Shown here piece after piece: positions 50,901-57,271 of a stretch of 60,538 nt of DNA. The notes beneath the pieces were generated by a model. The model ran no database searches. It saw only the letters and a list, made by a program, of their open reading frames with translations, and was not told the origin of the DNA. Numbering within the stretch: the first letter of the stretch is position 1; every line of letters begins with the position of its first letter. This DNA comes from a virus (lineage: Duplodnaviria; Caudoviricetes), in IMG/VR virus record IMGVR_UViG_3300020044_008864, positions 1 through 60,538 of that record; one strand, written 5' to 3'. The translations under genes and the position numbers were made by a program.

Positions 50901-52833
50901 GGATCAGAAGATTGAAGATATTAAAAAAATCCTTGGTCCTGAGGTTATTGAGTTTGCAGATAAGTTAGTTGATTATTTTTCTAATGAATACTACGAGTCA
51001 GTTAATGACGTGTACTCATTTGTTAATGATATAAACCTTGGCTACGTAGATAACTACTTCCCTACTCAGACACTTTCTAAATCTAAAGAGCAAAAGGATT
51101 CAATAGATCAGGATTTATTAAACGGTAATTTCAACGGAATCTTTGACGCCGAGTCTTCACCTGCGTTGAAGGAACGTACAGATATGTCGAGTCCAATCGA
51201 CTTATCTCCTTCATTTACCAATGTTATTGAGAGTCACTTGCAGACAATGGAAAGGTACAAGGCATATGCTGTTGGTGTAAAGAGATTGAACGACCTGTTT
51301 AAGATTGAATCTGTAAGTACATTACTCGATCAGACAGGATTGAAGTCTACCATGAAAACTCTTGTTAATAATTCCATCAATCCCAACGCAGGTATTAATG
51401 AAACGCAAGCGAGATTCAGTGGTATAATGAACAAGTTCTCAGGATATGCTTTGGCTTTCAAACTTGCTCAGATACCAAAGCAAGCAACTGCTATATTAGC
51501 TGCGTATGAAGACTATCAGTTCTTAAAGAACAGAAAAGTTCCCGGATTAGATGCGGTTATGTTTGCTTTTGACGTAGCTAAAGCCTTGACATTTGCTCGT
51601 TCTAACTTTAACAAGTTCTACAATACATCAGGTAACTTTAGAGACCGTATCATAAAAGGTGTTGAAGGTGATGTGTATGGCTTGGAAGCAGGAGGAAGAG
51701 TGTTTAAACCTCTATCTCAAAAGGCAAATACATTAGGTGACGTGAAGAGATTCATAAAGTCATCTGCTGCATCTCCAACAATGGTTGGTGATATCATCAG
51801 TGTGTACGGTTACATGGCTAACTACAACAGAGATATCGCTAATGGCATGAGTCCTGAGGCAGCATTAGAGAAGTTTAACAACTACAATGCGACACTTCAA
51901 TCTCGTAGAGCAGCTGACAAGAGCGCTCTTCAATTTAGTAAGAGTGGATTAGTTAGAGCGTTTTCAATGTTTGGAAGCACAGGTATCTTACAGATGAATA
52001 AGGTATCAATGGCTTATAAAAACATTATGAGAAGTATATTTTCTAAAGGAGAATTCCCTTCAGGAAAAGACTTGAGAGCGTTGGCTATTAACCTTGGTAT
52101 AGCTAACGCTGCATTCGTTGCCGCGTCATATGTCTTCGCTTTAATGAAAGGTGATGACGAGGATAAGGAGATGGTTGAAAAGAAAATGTTTGAAGCTTTG
52201 ATTGGTTTAAACCTTCTTTATCAAATACCATTAGTAGGAACAGCAACAGAAGAGATAGTTAATGCTATTAAAAATAACGCAAACAAAAGCGAGACATTAA
52301 AGGATATCTTCGGAGCAGAGTTTATTAATAACTTGAAAGGCGAGAAGGTTATGGGTGGTGATGTAACCAATCCGTACTCATCTGTCTTTAGAAAGATTAA
52401 GAAATACTATGACGATGACAATACTATTATTGAAAACTTCAGACCTGCTGCTGAACTTGCATTAGGTATGCAGCTTGATCCGTTTATCGGGTTGTACAAA
52501 GGGGCAACTGAAGAGTTTGACGACGAGGTTATGTATGATATCTTAGGTATCAGTCCATCTTACCGACCAAAGAATGCGAGCAGTCTTGAGAATATGAGTA
52601 AGTCTGAGATGAAGAAGTATGACCCTGATGAGTACGAGAGATTGTATGGCCCGGGGTCAGATGGCTACGACGAGGAGCAGGCTAAGAAAGAAGAGAAGGC
52701 TGCTGAAAGAAAGGCTCGTAAGGATGCGATGGATGACTACTACAACTACAGCTCAGGAGATGGAGTGAAGAGAGGAGGAAGTAGAATAGGAGGTAGAGGC
52801 GGAAGCAGAACAGGCGGATCAAGAACCAAATAA
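41974..52833 (+). CDS. giant internal virion (polyvalent-type) protein with zincin metallopeptidase-like domain
   Basis: 3619 aa; IHEIGH (HEIGH at 47851-47865) with downstream SEYFA; P/A/E linkers and coiled coils. Confidence 0.85.
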   Translation: MNELQKLYDVLVREGKYTKSFEEFQNQWNDEQYQSKVYEVVHRDGLYTKDRDSFNQKYGAQSQQQVQQQPAQEDQGLVGNIKSQFLNQQPQQQRELPRMPNPGELANIGKEDEDATFDSQGNYNPINALPESVRVGAKERMAESKAREEAKKKEVDKLASQSDLSSQQSLVESTARQQEEASSSASQRYEAAAEKFPILRNELLKDVYQQLQKEKDLPSFVKDQLNSITPNLINLGEATPSGHNIPGMVLSAFPIIGIPIGANSQTLAGLSVEEAVVPKMNYMFGPLGFTFEESGATGDYMTVTAPNKDKIEISLNNYTESSNTEEAKKLKNFIASNSTKIPQIEKYAAQYAGSDMRFNSEKQIDIHTEGISIQYDNLNKDAALLSNDIKKVESDLEYLNSAPANERNTPQYLEKKKATEAALLDVNTRRQEIISRNSQIEANKTNLDRAVGKYSAMKAEQGTWTGATVSFISEGVSTALSGLANLALDFSSVDMTGDVSQQRQSAINKSVSDKVATGNVEEDAKQGGFVVDAALRLNNYNRGRGKNTMPEPKEGQSYKDWYNSLSADQKNDIRIKVEDDILKRSKEIVLPTIREGIKGAITDPNTSVEWKQLAEEGFWGGAYAGLIKSAPAMLAPGGWAGRTAAFFGQSNDAVNEEMSKNPAFADVPESEKLLVSIPIGIANAVLEEIGLSNLIKNKGLVNSLVLKGLQKAGVNATETTLSKIIKNDVESMVARGTLTLAGAGLAEAETGAGQQIAEYAVKDIYNIAKEKEMFDTPDSLKEYVYDVVRSGAQEAVGGFVMGTPSAAAAAYRKQGFKGMSDEQFETFEAIANDEKMQSSFIATLKTKVASGDMTMETAKEELNDYRNSVGLYRSIPTDLSTEAKKEAMNLVREKQVIEERIKDKDEALVKKQKDRIAEINVQLNNLSENAVQKQTTSEVPIQSEAAVSEEVAGGKPAAEPQVTTEEGKEQEVNRINPETGVLEVGLANPPIVTIERETAPAAETTTLTQEEQDRKTELESAIAKDNGKGTVTVGDALVPIEEAQAELDALNSKTEVETRESVEANRKAELEIFKDNLDDAFRPGSDETVGEYINRKYDEYINRKFGEKPTAEVTATEEVTTPNLELQTKQNEVKNIDVKIAEINDKADAEINDLKQVAKSKTKEAEHKIPKSVSSYLSTPNSDGSFNKSSEKTSFTPGASMWAFEPIGNNRFNVYIANNDDASKLALAFPIRSVSPIFPNIQVDFSSGELMNGNSLKTIDPAVVELQGDRYVLISPGKIDLDNKLVKTKSTEVDQAKIDEIEKRRKEDLVKYESKKKKIQAELDALNTKATTTAEVTATAEVTPAAEAAPAPKKRGRKKSAPAAAVEAAPAAEEKPTAKPKEEPAKGKSLLTDKVRAQISEIVKEWNKTKKRYLKETGEESEGRIELEVHGFIESANGLYEDLLDFDSFSGLKNINKDIERIIKNYPNVSRIDFKYPERADGGDWNWITIYEVPTAPKAEAAPVVEPAPAPKAEPAPTPTPAPAPAKKTAAEKRLDEDINQTSNEVEYFKDEIEKLKEEIAIEKGNTKEEIANVKEKIANIKATVTSKATQNRLIQELKDNLGIFKEDQENQLEIYAEDMVQLKADLRKAEAKLKRLEAKKAETSPAPEVEAEPAPEEKPAPTPAPAKTAKEIKAEKELDDEIKSLERDIDISIGKIEDLENDIVTEKEDKKEGTERFKEQIAEVKQKISAQKKSGLPKETIKTLVKELEVELDELEAKLFQFREDQDDYVESYKEEIAQEKADMKKAQKRLDKLISKREQMTQPEAAPKKPGIISMAEIEKRFPLAAEFIKAQYNNISELTSKDSLTVLAEAYDQLMRYKVGAEKRLLQIEEIENLVESLEQSVKKVSKEEFKKQIAASGDFTKAQLKIFNALVDSLQTETMPEYMSDEQAAKYNAGTENFYVASLNRIVSKQPEAFIHEIGHFGFFRILSKEDRMNFYQYMIDSNYGKGKPSLASRMAVTVDTLLGRSAEGQEFRFKSNAADNFSEYFAQQFSEWYMNERLFPKEIDAIFGKVAKFFNLLIEKLKSGEYVDKNLSEYFNKISVKIEKQQKKNEKIQDALGVEETMMNELQDLEDFFGIDPEISPMNMKYITPLQKMALMYNMTESGFFPRNVSTSHVNRDFAQFNLEAKQSASGSYYLVNRDTKKMARPLRQPKGGIPPQVSRMSVTAQPATVKEILREKLDDKDINSLRASLRRKAPDSYIIEVLDELQELKKNENLVPSQSEVSDLLDNGVTLGNVINMLIEDGVFDNSQEAISYFTQIGGQESQGLFKRLSGLKTGISPEVSPMKVTPISVKNMGMDEVIETARENGFSDDVIKALLMKRGYAAKDIDSALTFNINFASAYTNNNPRTDSPLPRPFRTLDGGVNAGIKLFFDVRNKLIDFAKSDPKKKKTYAEIRAKAIELLKANPIFQGQEDTKQLELIAAFDKTLNITRGKAISAQIADIRKAIKERLEGVKDLKKAQLILRNFIRQSLPAVKVPRVFFNLEGMTSPAEGINFFNGLRKQIYDFARTDASGVVGKKILVKDAEKIKEFSRNLLKNTELYKKQSPAVQADMENALINSQYTKGASHTLDIYSQKEVNKLIDIVSQTDSKNFLSQAEKVFDIITEQRAKIKNGLLKEILTLVNNKAASNKTASGKVRSKGLDAQGQAFYKSIKPIVAAAIKNDTEAMIKIADELSDLEAIGDALDKEAAGEDLTTLERALLDKVYAFDTFGDILNMELEEVQDLLDGLKGIRSASIIRLNEKRADRAAQREAMTREADEQIKKDFKALYNPDGTLKDKNELDNDRAMIWQSFKQGKVWNALAQWLERYDFFTTNITDFFRKTLAHLGTISNILDKSGTFFNDNVYRPLNRMDEANKTAYSNEMKHLDTLANSIKGVTKGYRQIRRLIESAGVVNMVINGKTTPKNGDQLLRIYALSLNEVQREKLRNMGYTDQKIEDIKKILGPEVIEFADKLVDYFSNEYYESVNDVYSFVNDINLGYVDNYFPTQTLSKSKEQKDSIDQDLLNGNFNGIFDAESSPALKERTDMSSPIDLSPSFTNVIESHLQTMERYKAYAVGVKRLNDLFKIESVSTLLDQTGLKSTMKTLVNNSINPNAGINETQARFSGIMNKFSGYALAFKLAQIPKQATAILAAYEDYQFLKNRKVPGLDAVMFAFDVAKALTFARSNFNKFYNTSGNFRDRIIKGVEGDVYGLEAGGRVFKPLSQKANTLGDVKRFIKSSAASPTMVGDIISVYGYMANYNRDIANGMSPEAALEKFNNYNATLQSRRAADKSALQFSKSGLVRAFSMFGSTGILQMNKVSMAYKNIMRSIFSKGEFPSGKDLRALAINLGIANAAFVAASYVFALMKGDDEDKEMVEKKMFEALIGLNLLYQIPLVGTATEEIVNAIKNNANKSETLKDIFGAEFINNLKGEKVMGGDVTNPYSSVFRKIKKYYDDDNTIIENFRPAAELALGMQLDPFIGLYKGATEEFDDEVMYDILGISPSYRPKNASSLENMSKSEMKKYDPDEYERLYGPGSDGYDEEQAKKEEKAAERKARKDAMDDYYNYSSGDGVKRGGSRIGGRGGSRTGGSRTK
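44759..44890 (+). CDS. nested +1-frame small basic protein (43 aa)
   Basis: MPFKSKQQVKFLFSQKPQLAKKWREENPQQNLKSLPKKVKNKK; AT-rich initiation region with A at -3. Confidence 0.6.
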   Translation: MPFKSKQQVKFLFSQKPQLAKKWREENPQQNLKSLPKKVKNKK

Positions 52834-52835
52834 CT

Positions 52836-53057
52836 ATGGCAACAACAATAATGGCGGGGGTGTACTTGGTACCCAACTCAGACGAACAAATAGTACCTGA
52901 GATATATATTGACCATGCTCTGATACAATTTCTTGACGAGGATGGGAACTTTATACTTCAGATAACATACGAAGAACTCAGGGGCGTGATGGCTATCATC
53001 GCCGCTGAGCAGGAGAAGAGTCACCTACGCATCATTGCTGCATCTAAAAATAACTAA
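52836..53057 (+). CDS. hypothetical protein
   Basis: 73 aa; last plus-strand gene, stop overlaps convergent gene. Confidence 0.6.
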   Translation: MATTIMAGVYLVPNSDEQIVPEIYIDHALIQFLDEDGNFILQITYEELRGVMAIIAAEQEKSHLRIIAASKNN

Positions 53058-53473
53058 ACGTACCTAACGTACTTTAGATTCTTCTGCTTGTCGAAGTAGA
53101 CCATCGGCTCTTCATCGTTGACAGCGCCTTCTCTCGGCGTCCGTCCGCCCCACTTTAGGTCTCCTTCTAACTTGGATATCCTGCCGTAGATTATACCGTC
53201 CTCACAGGCCCATATGACCGTCGGATTGAGTCGCTTGCTGTGTAGCTTGTGTAACTTAGACACGCTGAGCGGAAGCGGGTATGCATCATATAGTGTTTTG
53301 ATCCGGCCCTTAACCTCGACGTAAGCAATCAGCTTACCTTCCTTATCAAAGACCTTGAAGTCTATATCGAAGGGGTCAAGCTTTTGAAATGACCCACCGA
53401 ATACAGAGACGAATGTTTCAATAGCACGTAACTCCCGCTTAAGATCTTCCTCTCTTTCAAAAATCACGCTCAA
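53054..53473 (-). CDS. PD-(D/E)XK nuclease-family protein
   Basis: FDIDF...YVEVKGR. Confidence 0.7.
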   Translation of the reverse strand: MSVIFEREEDLKRELRAIETFVSVFGGSFQKLDPFDIDFKVFDKEGKLIAYVEVKGRIKTLYDAYPLPLSVSKLHKLHSKRLNPTVIWACEDGIIYGRISKLEGDLKWGGRTPREGAVNDEEPMVYFDKQKNLKYVRYV

Positions 53474-53636
53474 TAGATTTAAGTAACTCCTTCAGCTCCA
53501 TGATTAACTTAACAGTCTCCTTCTTACACGCCTCGTGTTCTCTATCGACAAGAGTCTCATAGATTATAGTCAATGAATCGTGATGCTCGTTAATGAGTAT
53601 CAGTATCCGTGCAGCACGTTCATTTTCTAAGTTCAT
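53457..53636 (-). CDS. small helical protein (59 aa, not in track)
   Basis: MNLENERAARILILINEHHDSLTIIYETLVDREHEACKKETVKLIMELKELLKSIERDF. Confidence 0.65.
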   Translation of the reverse strand: MNLENERAARILILINEHHDSLTIIYETLVDREHEACKKETVKLIMELKELLKSIERDF

Positions 53637-54145
53637 TTGAATAGGTCTCCGTTAAGTATCTTGACTATCTTCTCAGAGATAATAGGTTCCATACCAATGG
53701 GTGTCCTTTCGTCCATCTCCTTTAGTATTTCTTTAAACCTGTTGTACATCATCTTTGATTTCTGAAGTCTTTCGTTCTCCAAAATTAGTGAATCTATTCT
53801 ATATTGCAATTCTTCTGCGTAACTATTACTTGGCATCTTACCTACTACTCTTATTGGTTCAACTCTTTCTTTAAACGAACGACTGCATTCGAAGTAAATA
53901 TCCTTCAAATATTTATCCTGAGTGATGAGGTTATAGAACTGCTTTATCCCTACCAATACCGTCGCGTGGTCCTTACCCACGTAGTCTCCGATAGATTGCA
54001 ATGTACAACCTTGGTTTCTCATAAGCACATAGAACACCATCCTTGCGTAAGTGAAGTCAGTCTTCTTGGTCTTGTTCTTTATATCGCATCCTGATACTAT
54101 CTGTATCGTGCTGCGTAGCAAATCAAACTCCTCTATCTTATTCAT
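53633..54145 (-). CDS. DnaA domain IV-like HTH protein with coiled coil
   Basis: KKTDFTYARMVF..TLQSIGDYVGKDHATVL. Confidence 0.8.
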   Translation of the reverse strand: MNKIEEFDLLRSTIQIVSGCDIKNKTKKTDFTYARMVFYVLMRNQGCTLQSIGDYVGKDHATVLVGIKQFYNLITQDKYLKDIYFECSRSFKERVEPIRVVGKMPSNSYAEELQYRIDSLILENERLQKSKMMYNRFKEILKEMDERTPIGMEPIISEKIVKILNGDLFK

Positions 54146-54383
54146 TTCCTTTGTATACTTCTGTTTTAATTCCGTGATTGTTTAGTTCTTTCATTCTATA
54201 TTCTTGTAGCTTACTTGGCTTCTGCCCCGGCCGCTTCACCTCGCTGAACAGCACACCGCTGTCAGGTGGTATCGCAAGCAGGTCAGGTATACCATTCTTG
54301 TTGGTGCGTATGAGCTTGATTACATAGTAACCTTCAGCCTCAAGTTGCTTTATCCTTTTACTCTGTATCTGCTGCTCTGTCAT
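54138..54383 (-). CDS. VRR-NUC domain nuclease
   Basis: EQQIQ..GIPDLL..FSEVKRPGQKPSKLQ. Confidence 0.85.
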   Translation of the reverse strand: MTEQQIQSKRIKQLEAEGYYVIKLIRTNKNGIPDLLAIPPDSGVLFSEVKRPGQKPSKLQEYRMKELNNHGIKTEVYKGNE

Positions 54384-54651
54384 TGGGTACTGTTCTTAAT
54401 CCCCACATGAGGTTAATCATATTCGCCTGACGGACTGCTACGCTTTTAGGATAGCGCTTATGCTTGCGTACATATCCCGTCAGCCATTCGATGAACTTCT
54501 CTTGTTGGTCAAGGGTCATGCTCCACTGCATATACCACTCATCCTTCCGGTCCTTTATGTCGTCGTAGCCTACGTCATGGCCGGCAATGACGAACATCAC
54601 GTTGATGATCTCGCGAAGCATCTCTTCATCGGTCTTTCTTTTAGCTCTCAT
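54358..54651 (-). CDS. hypothetical protein
   Basis: Start moved to MRAKRKTDEEML. Confidence 0.65.
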   Translation of the reverse strand: MRAKRKTDEEMLREIINVMFVIAGHDVGYDDIKDRKDEWYMQWSMTLDQQEKFIEWLTGYVRKHKRYPKSVAVRQANMINLMWGLRTVPNDRAADTE

Positions 54652-54883
54652 CTTCACCTCCAAATGTTTCGTTGTATATTTTTTCTTCATCGACATATTT
54701 ATTAAAAGAATCATTACTTTCATTCAATACCTTATAAGAAAAATTAATCATCTCTTCCTTGTGCATTGATTTGGCTTGTTCAAAGATTTCTAACCATTCG
54801 TATAATGATTTAGATTTTACCATTTGGTCTTCCGTAATGCAATTGATTAACCAATCTATACTACTTAGCATTTTATTACTCAT
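54641..54883 (-). CDS. hypothetical protein (QAKxMHKEEM...YNETF type)
   Basis: Start MSNKMLSSIDWL; paralog of next gene. Confidence 0.65.
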   Translation of the reverse strand: MSNKMLSSIDWLINCITEDQMVKSKSLYEWLEIFEQAKSMHKEEMINFSYKVLNESNDSFNKYVDEEKIYNETFGGEDES

Positions 54884-55115
54884 TGTTACCTCCAAATGTT
54901 TCGTTGTAGTATTGCTCAAAACTTCCTTCATCATTCAATCGATCTGCTGAACCGTTGAAGTAAGCACTTTCCATCTCCTCCTTGTGCATTACTTTGGCTT
55001 GGTCAAATGCTTTTCGCAAGTCATCAAGTTGATTTGCATAAAACCATTTTCCTATCTCCATATCCACTAACCTCATTAAGAAGTAATTTAAACTACTTTG
55101 TTTATTGTTACTCAT
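54876..55115 (-). CDS. hypothetical protein (QAKxMHKEEM...YNETF type)
   Basis: Start MSNNKQSSLNYF; paralog of previous gene. Confidence 0.65.
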   Translation of the reverse strand: MSNNKQSSLNYFLMRLVDMEIGKWFYANQLDDLRKAFDQAKVMHKEEMESAYFNGSADRLNDEGSFEQYYNETFGGNNE

Positions 55116-55119
55116 AGCT

Positions 55120-55380
55120 TTAAAATAAATTAAGTTGGTTCTCATCTACCTTGTAATGCACCTTGTCAATGTCAAGAGCGTCAATGTTTTTACGTGCCTC
55201 GAGGATCAGCTTCTTCATATAGATGGCGTGGTCCAACGACTCCTCGTAGGCGTGCTGCATCCACTGAATAGTATCGAGCTTAGCCTTGTCTACACTGACA
55301 CCGTACTTCTCGATGCCCATCTTCTCTCTTACCCTGAGGTCAAGCATGACCTGAGCGTACACTTGTTTTGGTCTACCCAT
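55120..55380 (-). CDS. all-alpha NTP pyrophosphatase (MazG-like) protein
   Basis: GIEKYG...WMQHAYEESLDHAIY (EExxD). Confidence 0.6.
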   Translation of the reverse strand: MGRPKQVYAQVMLDLRVREKMGIEKYGVSVDKAKLDTIQWMQHAYEESLDHAIYMKKLILEARKNIDALDIDKVHYKVDENQLNLF

Positions 55381-55612
55381 TTTGTATTTCTTGTTTTACT
55401 TGTTCCCAAAATCTAAATTCACTATCCATGTTCTGAAGTTGAAATGAATCTCCTCTACCATAATCGGTAAGTGCTTTTTCTATTTCATCTACTGCAACGA
55501 TTGCACATTGTTTTGTATCTCTATACAAATCAATATTATGGTCTTTTTCAACCCATTCAAATTCATTTCTAAATTTGCTTACTAATTCAATCGCTTTTTC
55601 TTTTGGTGTCAT
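55373..55612 (-). CDS. hypothetical phage protein
   Basis: MTPKEKAIELV..KQCAIVAVDEI..FWEQVKQEI. Confidence 0.7.
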   Translation of the reverse strand: MTPKEKAIELVSKFRNEFEWVEKDHNIDLYRDTKQCAIVAVDEIEKALTDYGRGDSFQLQNMDSEFRFWEQVKQEIQNG

Positions 55613-57108
55613 TCTTTGATTAGTTTTTTAAAGTGGTTAAGTGTGAAATCTTTCTTCTTAGTTACGGTCTTGTAAATGTCGTGCTCAATTCCTCCCTTTG
55701 CAAATATCCAATACACATCGCTCTCAAGTCTATCCTTAGTGGTCATGCGATCTCTCGCCTGCCAATAACTTGTAGCACTGAAGTCAATGTTATAGAAGAT
55801 AAGGCTGTCCGCATTGCGCAAGCTGATACCCTCACGACCCGATACTATCTGTAAAGCTATGGTCTTATGAGAGTTGTCGAACTCCTCAAGGTCAGTAGTT
55901 AGTTGGTCTCCATACACACTCTTCAGCGCATTGAGTTCTTCCTTGAACTTGTAGAAGATACCTGCACGCTGACCAACGAAGTTGTCGTAGATGAACTCAG
56001 CCTTGGAGGTATCAATCACCATCGACTCACCGCTCTCAAACTTAACAGTACCTGAGTACATCTGATGCACCTTGCTCATAAGTTTTACCGGAGTGTCGGC
56101 AATGATATCATTGGCCACACCCTCGATGACCAAGTCCTTCTGCAGGCGCTTGATCAACTTATAGGTTGATGGTTTCATATCCACCTCAATGATATGCTCT
56201 CTCGTCTCCACCTTGAAGCCCGCCTCCTTCTGAGTATAGTTGATGGTGAACGGACGCATAGCATCAATGATAGTATCACGACCATGTGAGTAGTCCTTGA
56301 TGAACATACCATTTACTTTTTTCTGCTTAATATCTACATAATCATCGCAGAATTTATAGAAATTTGCATAATGATTAAATGGATTGTTTGGAATACCATA
56401 CACTTGGTGATATATCTGCGAGTAAGACTCCGGAGATGGCGTACCCGAAAGTAAGATGACCTTGCTGTTGTGCTTCTTGATTAAGTCTTTCACCTGCTTA
56501 GCCCTTAGGCTTGGCTTAGCGAAAGCACCCATGCTGTGTGCCTCATCGCAGATGATCAAGTCCCATTTGGTGTTAGGCAGCTTATGTAAACTCTCGTAGT
56601 TCATGATTGTTAAATCATACAACGGGTTAAGCATCTTGTAGTCAGCCTCAATACTACTCATCGCTTTCTTCTTTGTTAAGAATAGGACATCAAAGGCTGA
56701 AGTCATTGATACAATACCGAGGCTCGTCAGTGTCTTACCTGTCCTCACCTCCATGGCAAGGTACAAGAACCCGTGCTCGTTGAGAATCTTAGCACCATCA
56801 TAAATGATCTTGGTTTGGTAGTCTCTGAACTGCACTGATTCACATACGGTGGAAACTAATTCGTCTATAATCTTATCCTTCTCTATCTGCTCGTTGAGGT
56901 ATAGGTTCTTGTAATGCTCAGCGCTACGCACGATGCGGTCGATGACTTCTTTGTCTGTCTTAAACTTAAGCGCCTTCTTCTCTACATACTTACGACCCAC
57001 CCTCTCCTTCACAGTCTTCTCAGCAAGCACAATAGACTTAAGCAACTCGCACTTCTCCCACATCTTTTTGTGTGAGCAGAAGCTATCTAATGGTATTATG
57101 TCAGTCAT
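55609..57108 (-). CDS. SF2/SNF2-like helicase
   Basis: FRDYQ, MEVRTGKT, DEAH, LSGTP, SGREGISL, QARDR. Confidence 0.88.
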   Translation of the reverse strand: MTDIIPLDSFCSHKKMWEKCELLKSIVLAEKTVKERVGRKYVEKKALKFKTDKEVIDRIVRSAEHYKNLYLNEQIEKDKIIDELVSTVCESVQFRDYQTKIIYDGAKILNEHGFLYLAMEVRTGKTLTSLGIVSMTSAFDVLFLTKKKAMSSIEADYKMLNPLYDLTIMNYESLHKLPNTKWDLIICDEAHSMGAFAKPSLRAKQVKDLIKKHNSKVILLSGTPSPESYSQIYHQVYGIPNNPFNHYANFYKFCDDYVDIKQKKVNGMFIKDYSHGRDTIIDAMRPFTINYTQKEAGFKVETREHIIEVDMKPSTYKLIKRLQKDLVIEGVANDIIADTPVKLMSKVHQMYSGTVKFESGESMVIDTSKAEFIYDNFVGQRAGIFYKFKEELNALKSVYGDQLTTDLEEFDNSHKTIALQIVSGREGISLRNADSLIFYNIDFSATSYWQARDRMTTKDRLESDVYWIFAKGGIEHDIYKTVTKKKDFTLNHFKKLIKE

Positions 57109-57271
57109 AGTTCTCAAATTTTAATAGGTATATACCTTTAGATGTTGGCATTCTATCTATCCACATAGGCTTAGAATTGTAATGAGGAAACGCTATTAGG
57201 AACCATATCCCACCTTGTCTTCTCCTATACCATTTGAAATCGGATAGTATTAATTTAATTATGTCTCTCAT
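57101..57271 (-). CDS. small hypothetical protein (56 aa, not in track)
   Basis: MRDIIKLILSDFKWYRRRQGGIWFLIAFPHYNSKPMWIDRMPTSKGIYLLKFENYD; overlaps both neighbours. Confidence 0.6.
   Translation of the reverse strand: MRDIIKLILSDFKWYRRRQGGIWFLIAFPHYNSKPMWIDRMPTSKGIYLLKFENYD

Noticed and set aside
54656-54908. att site or DGR template/variable repeat
   Set aside because: The 21-bp repeat is explained by paralogous coding ends; no integrase or reverse transcriptase was found and there is no adenine-specific variation.
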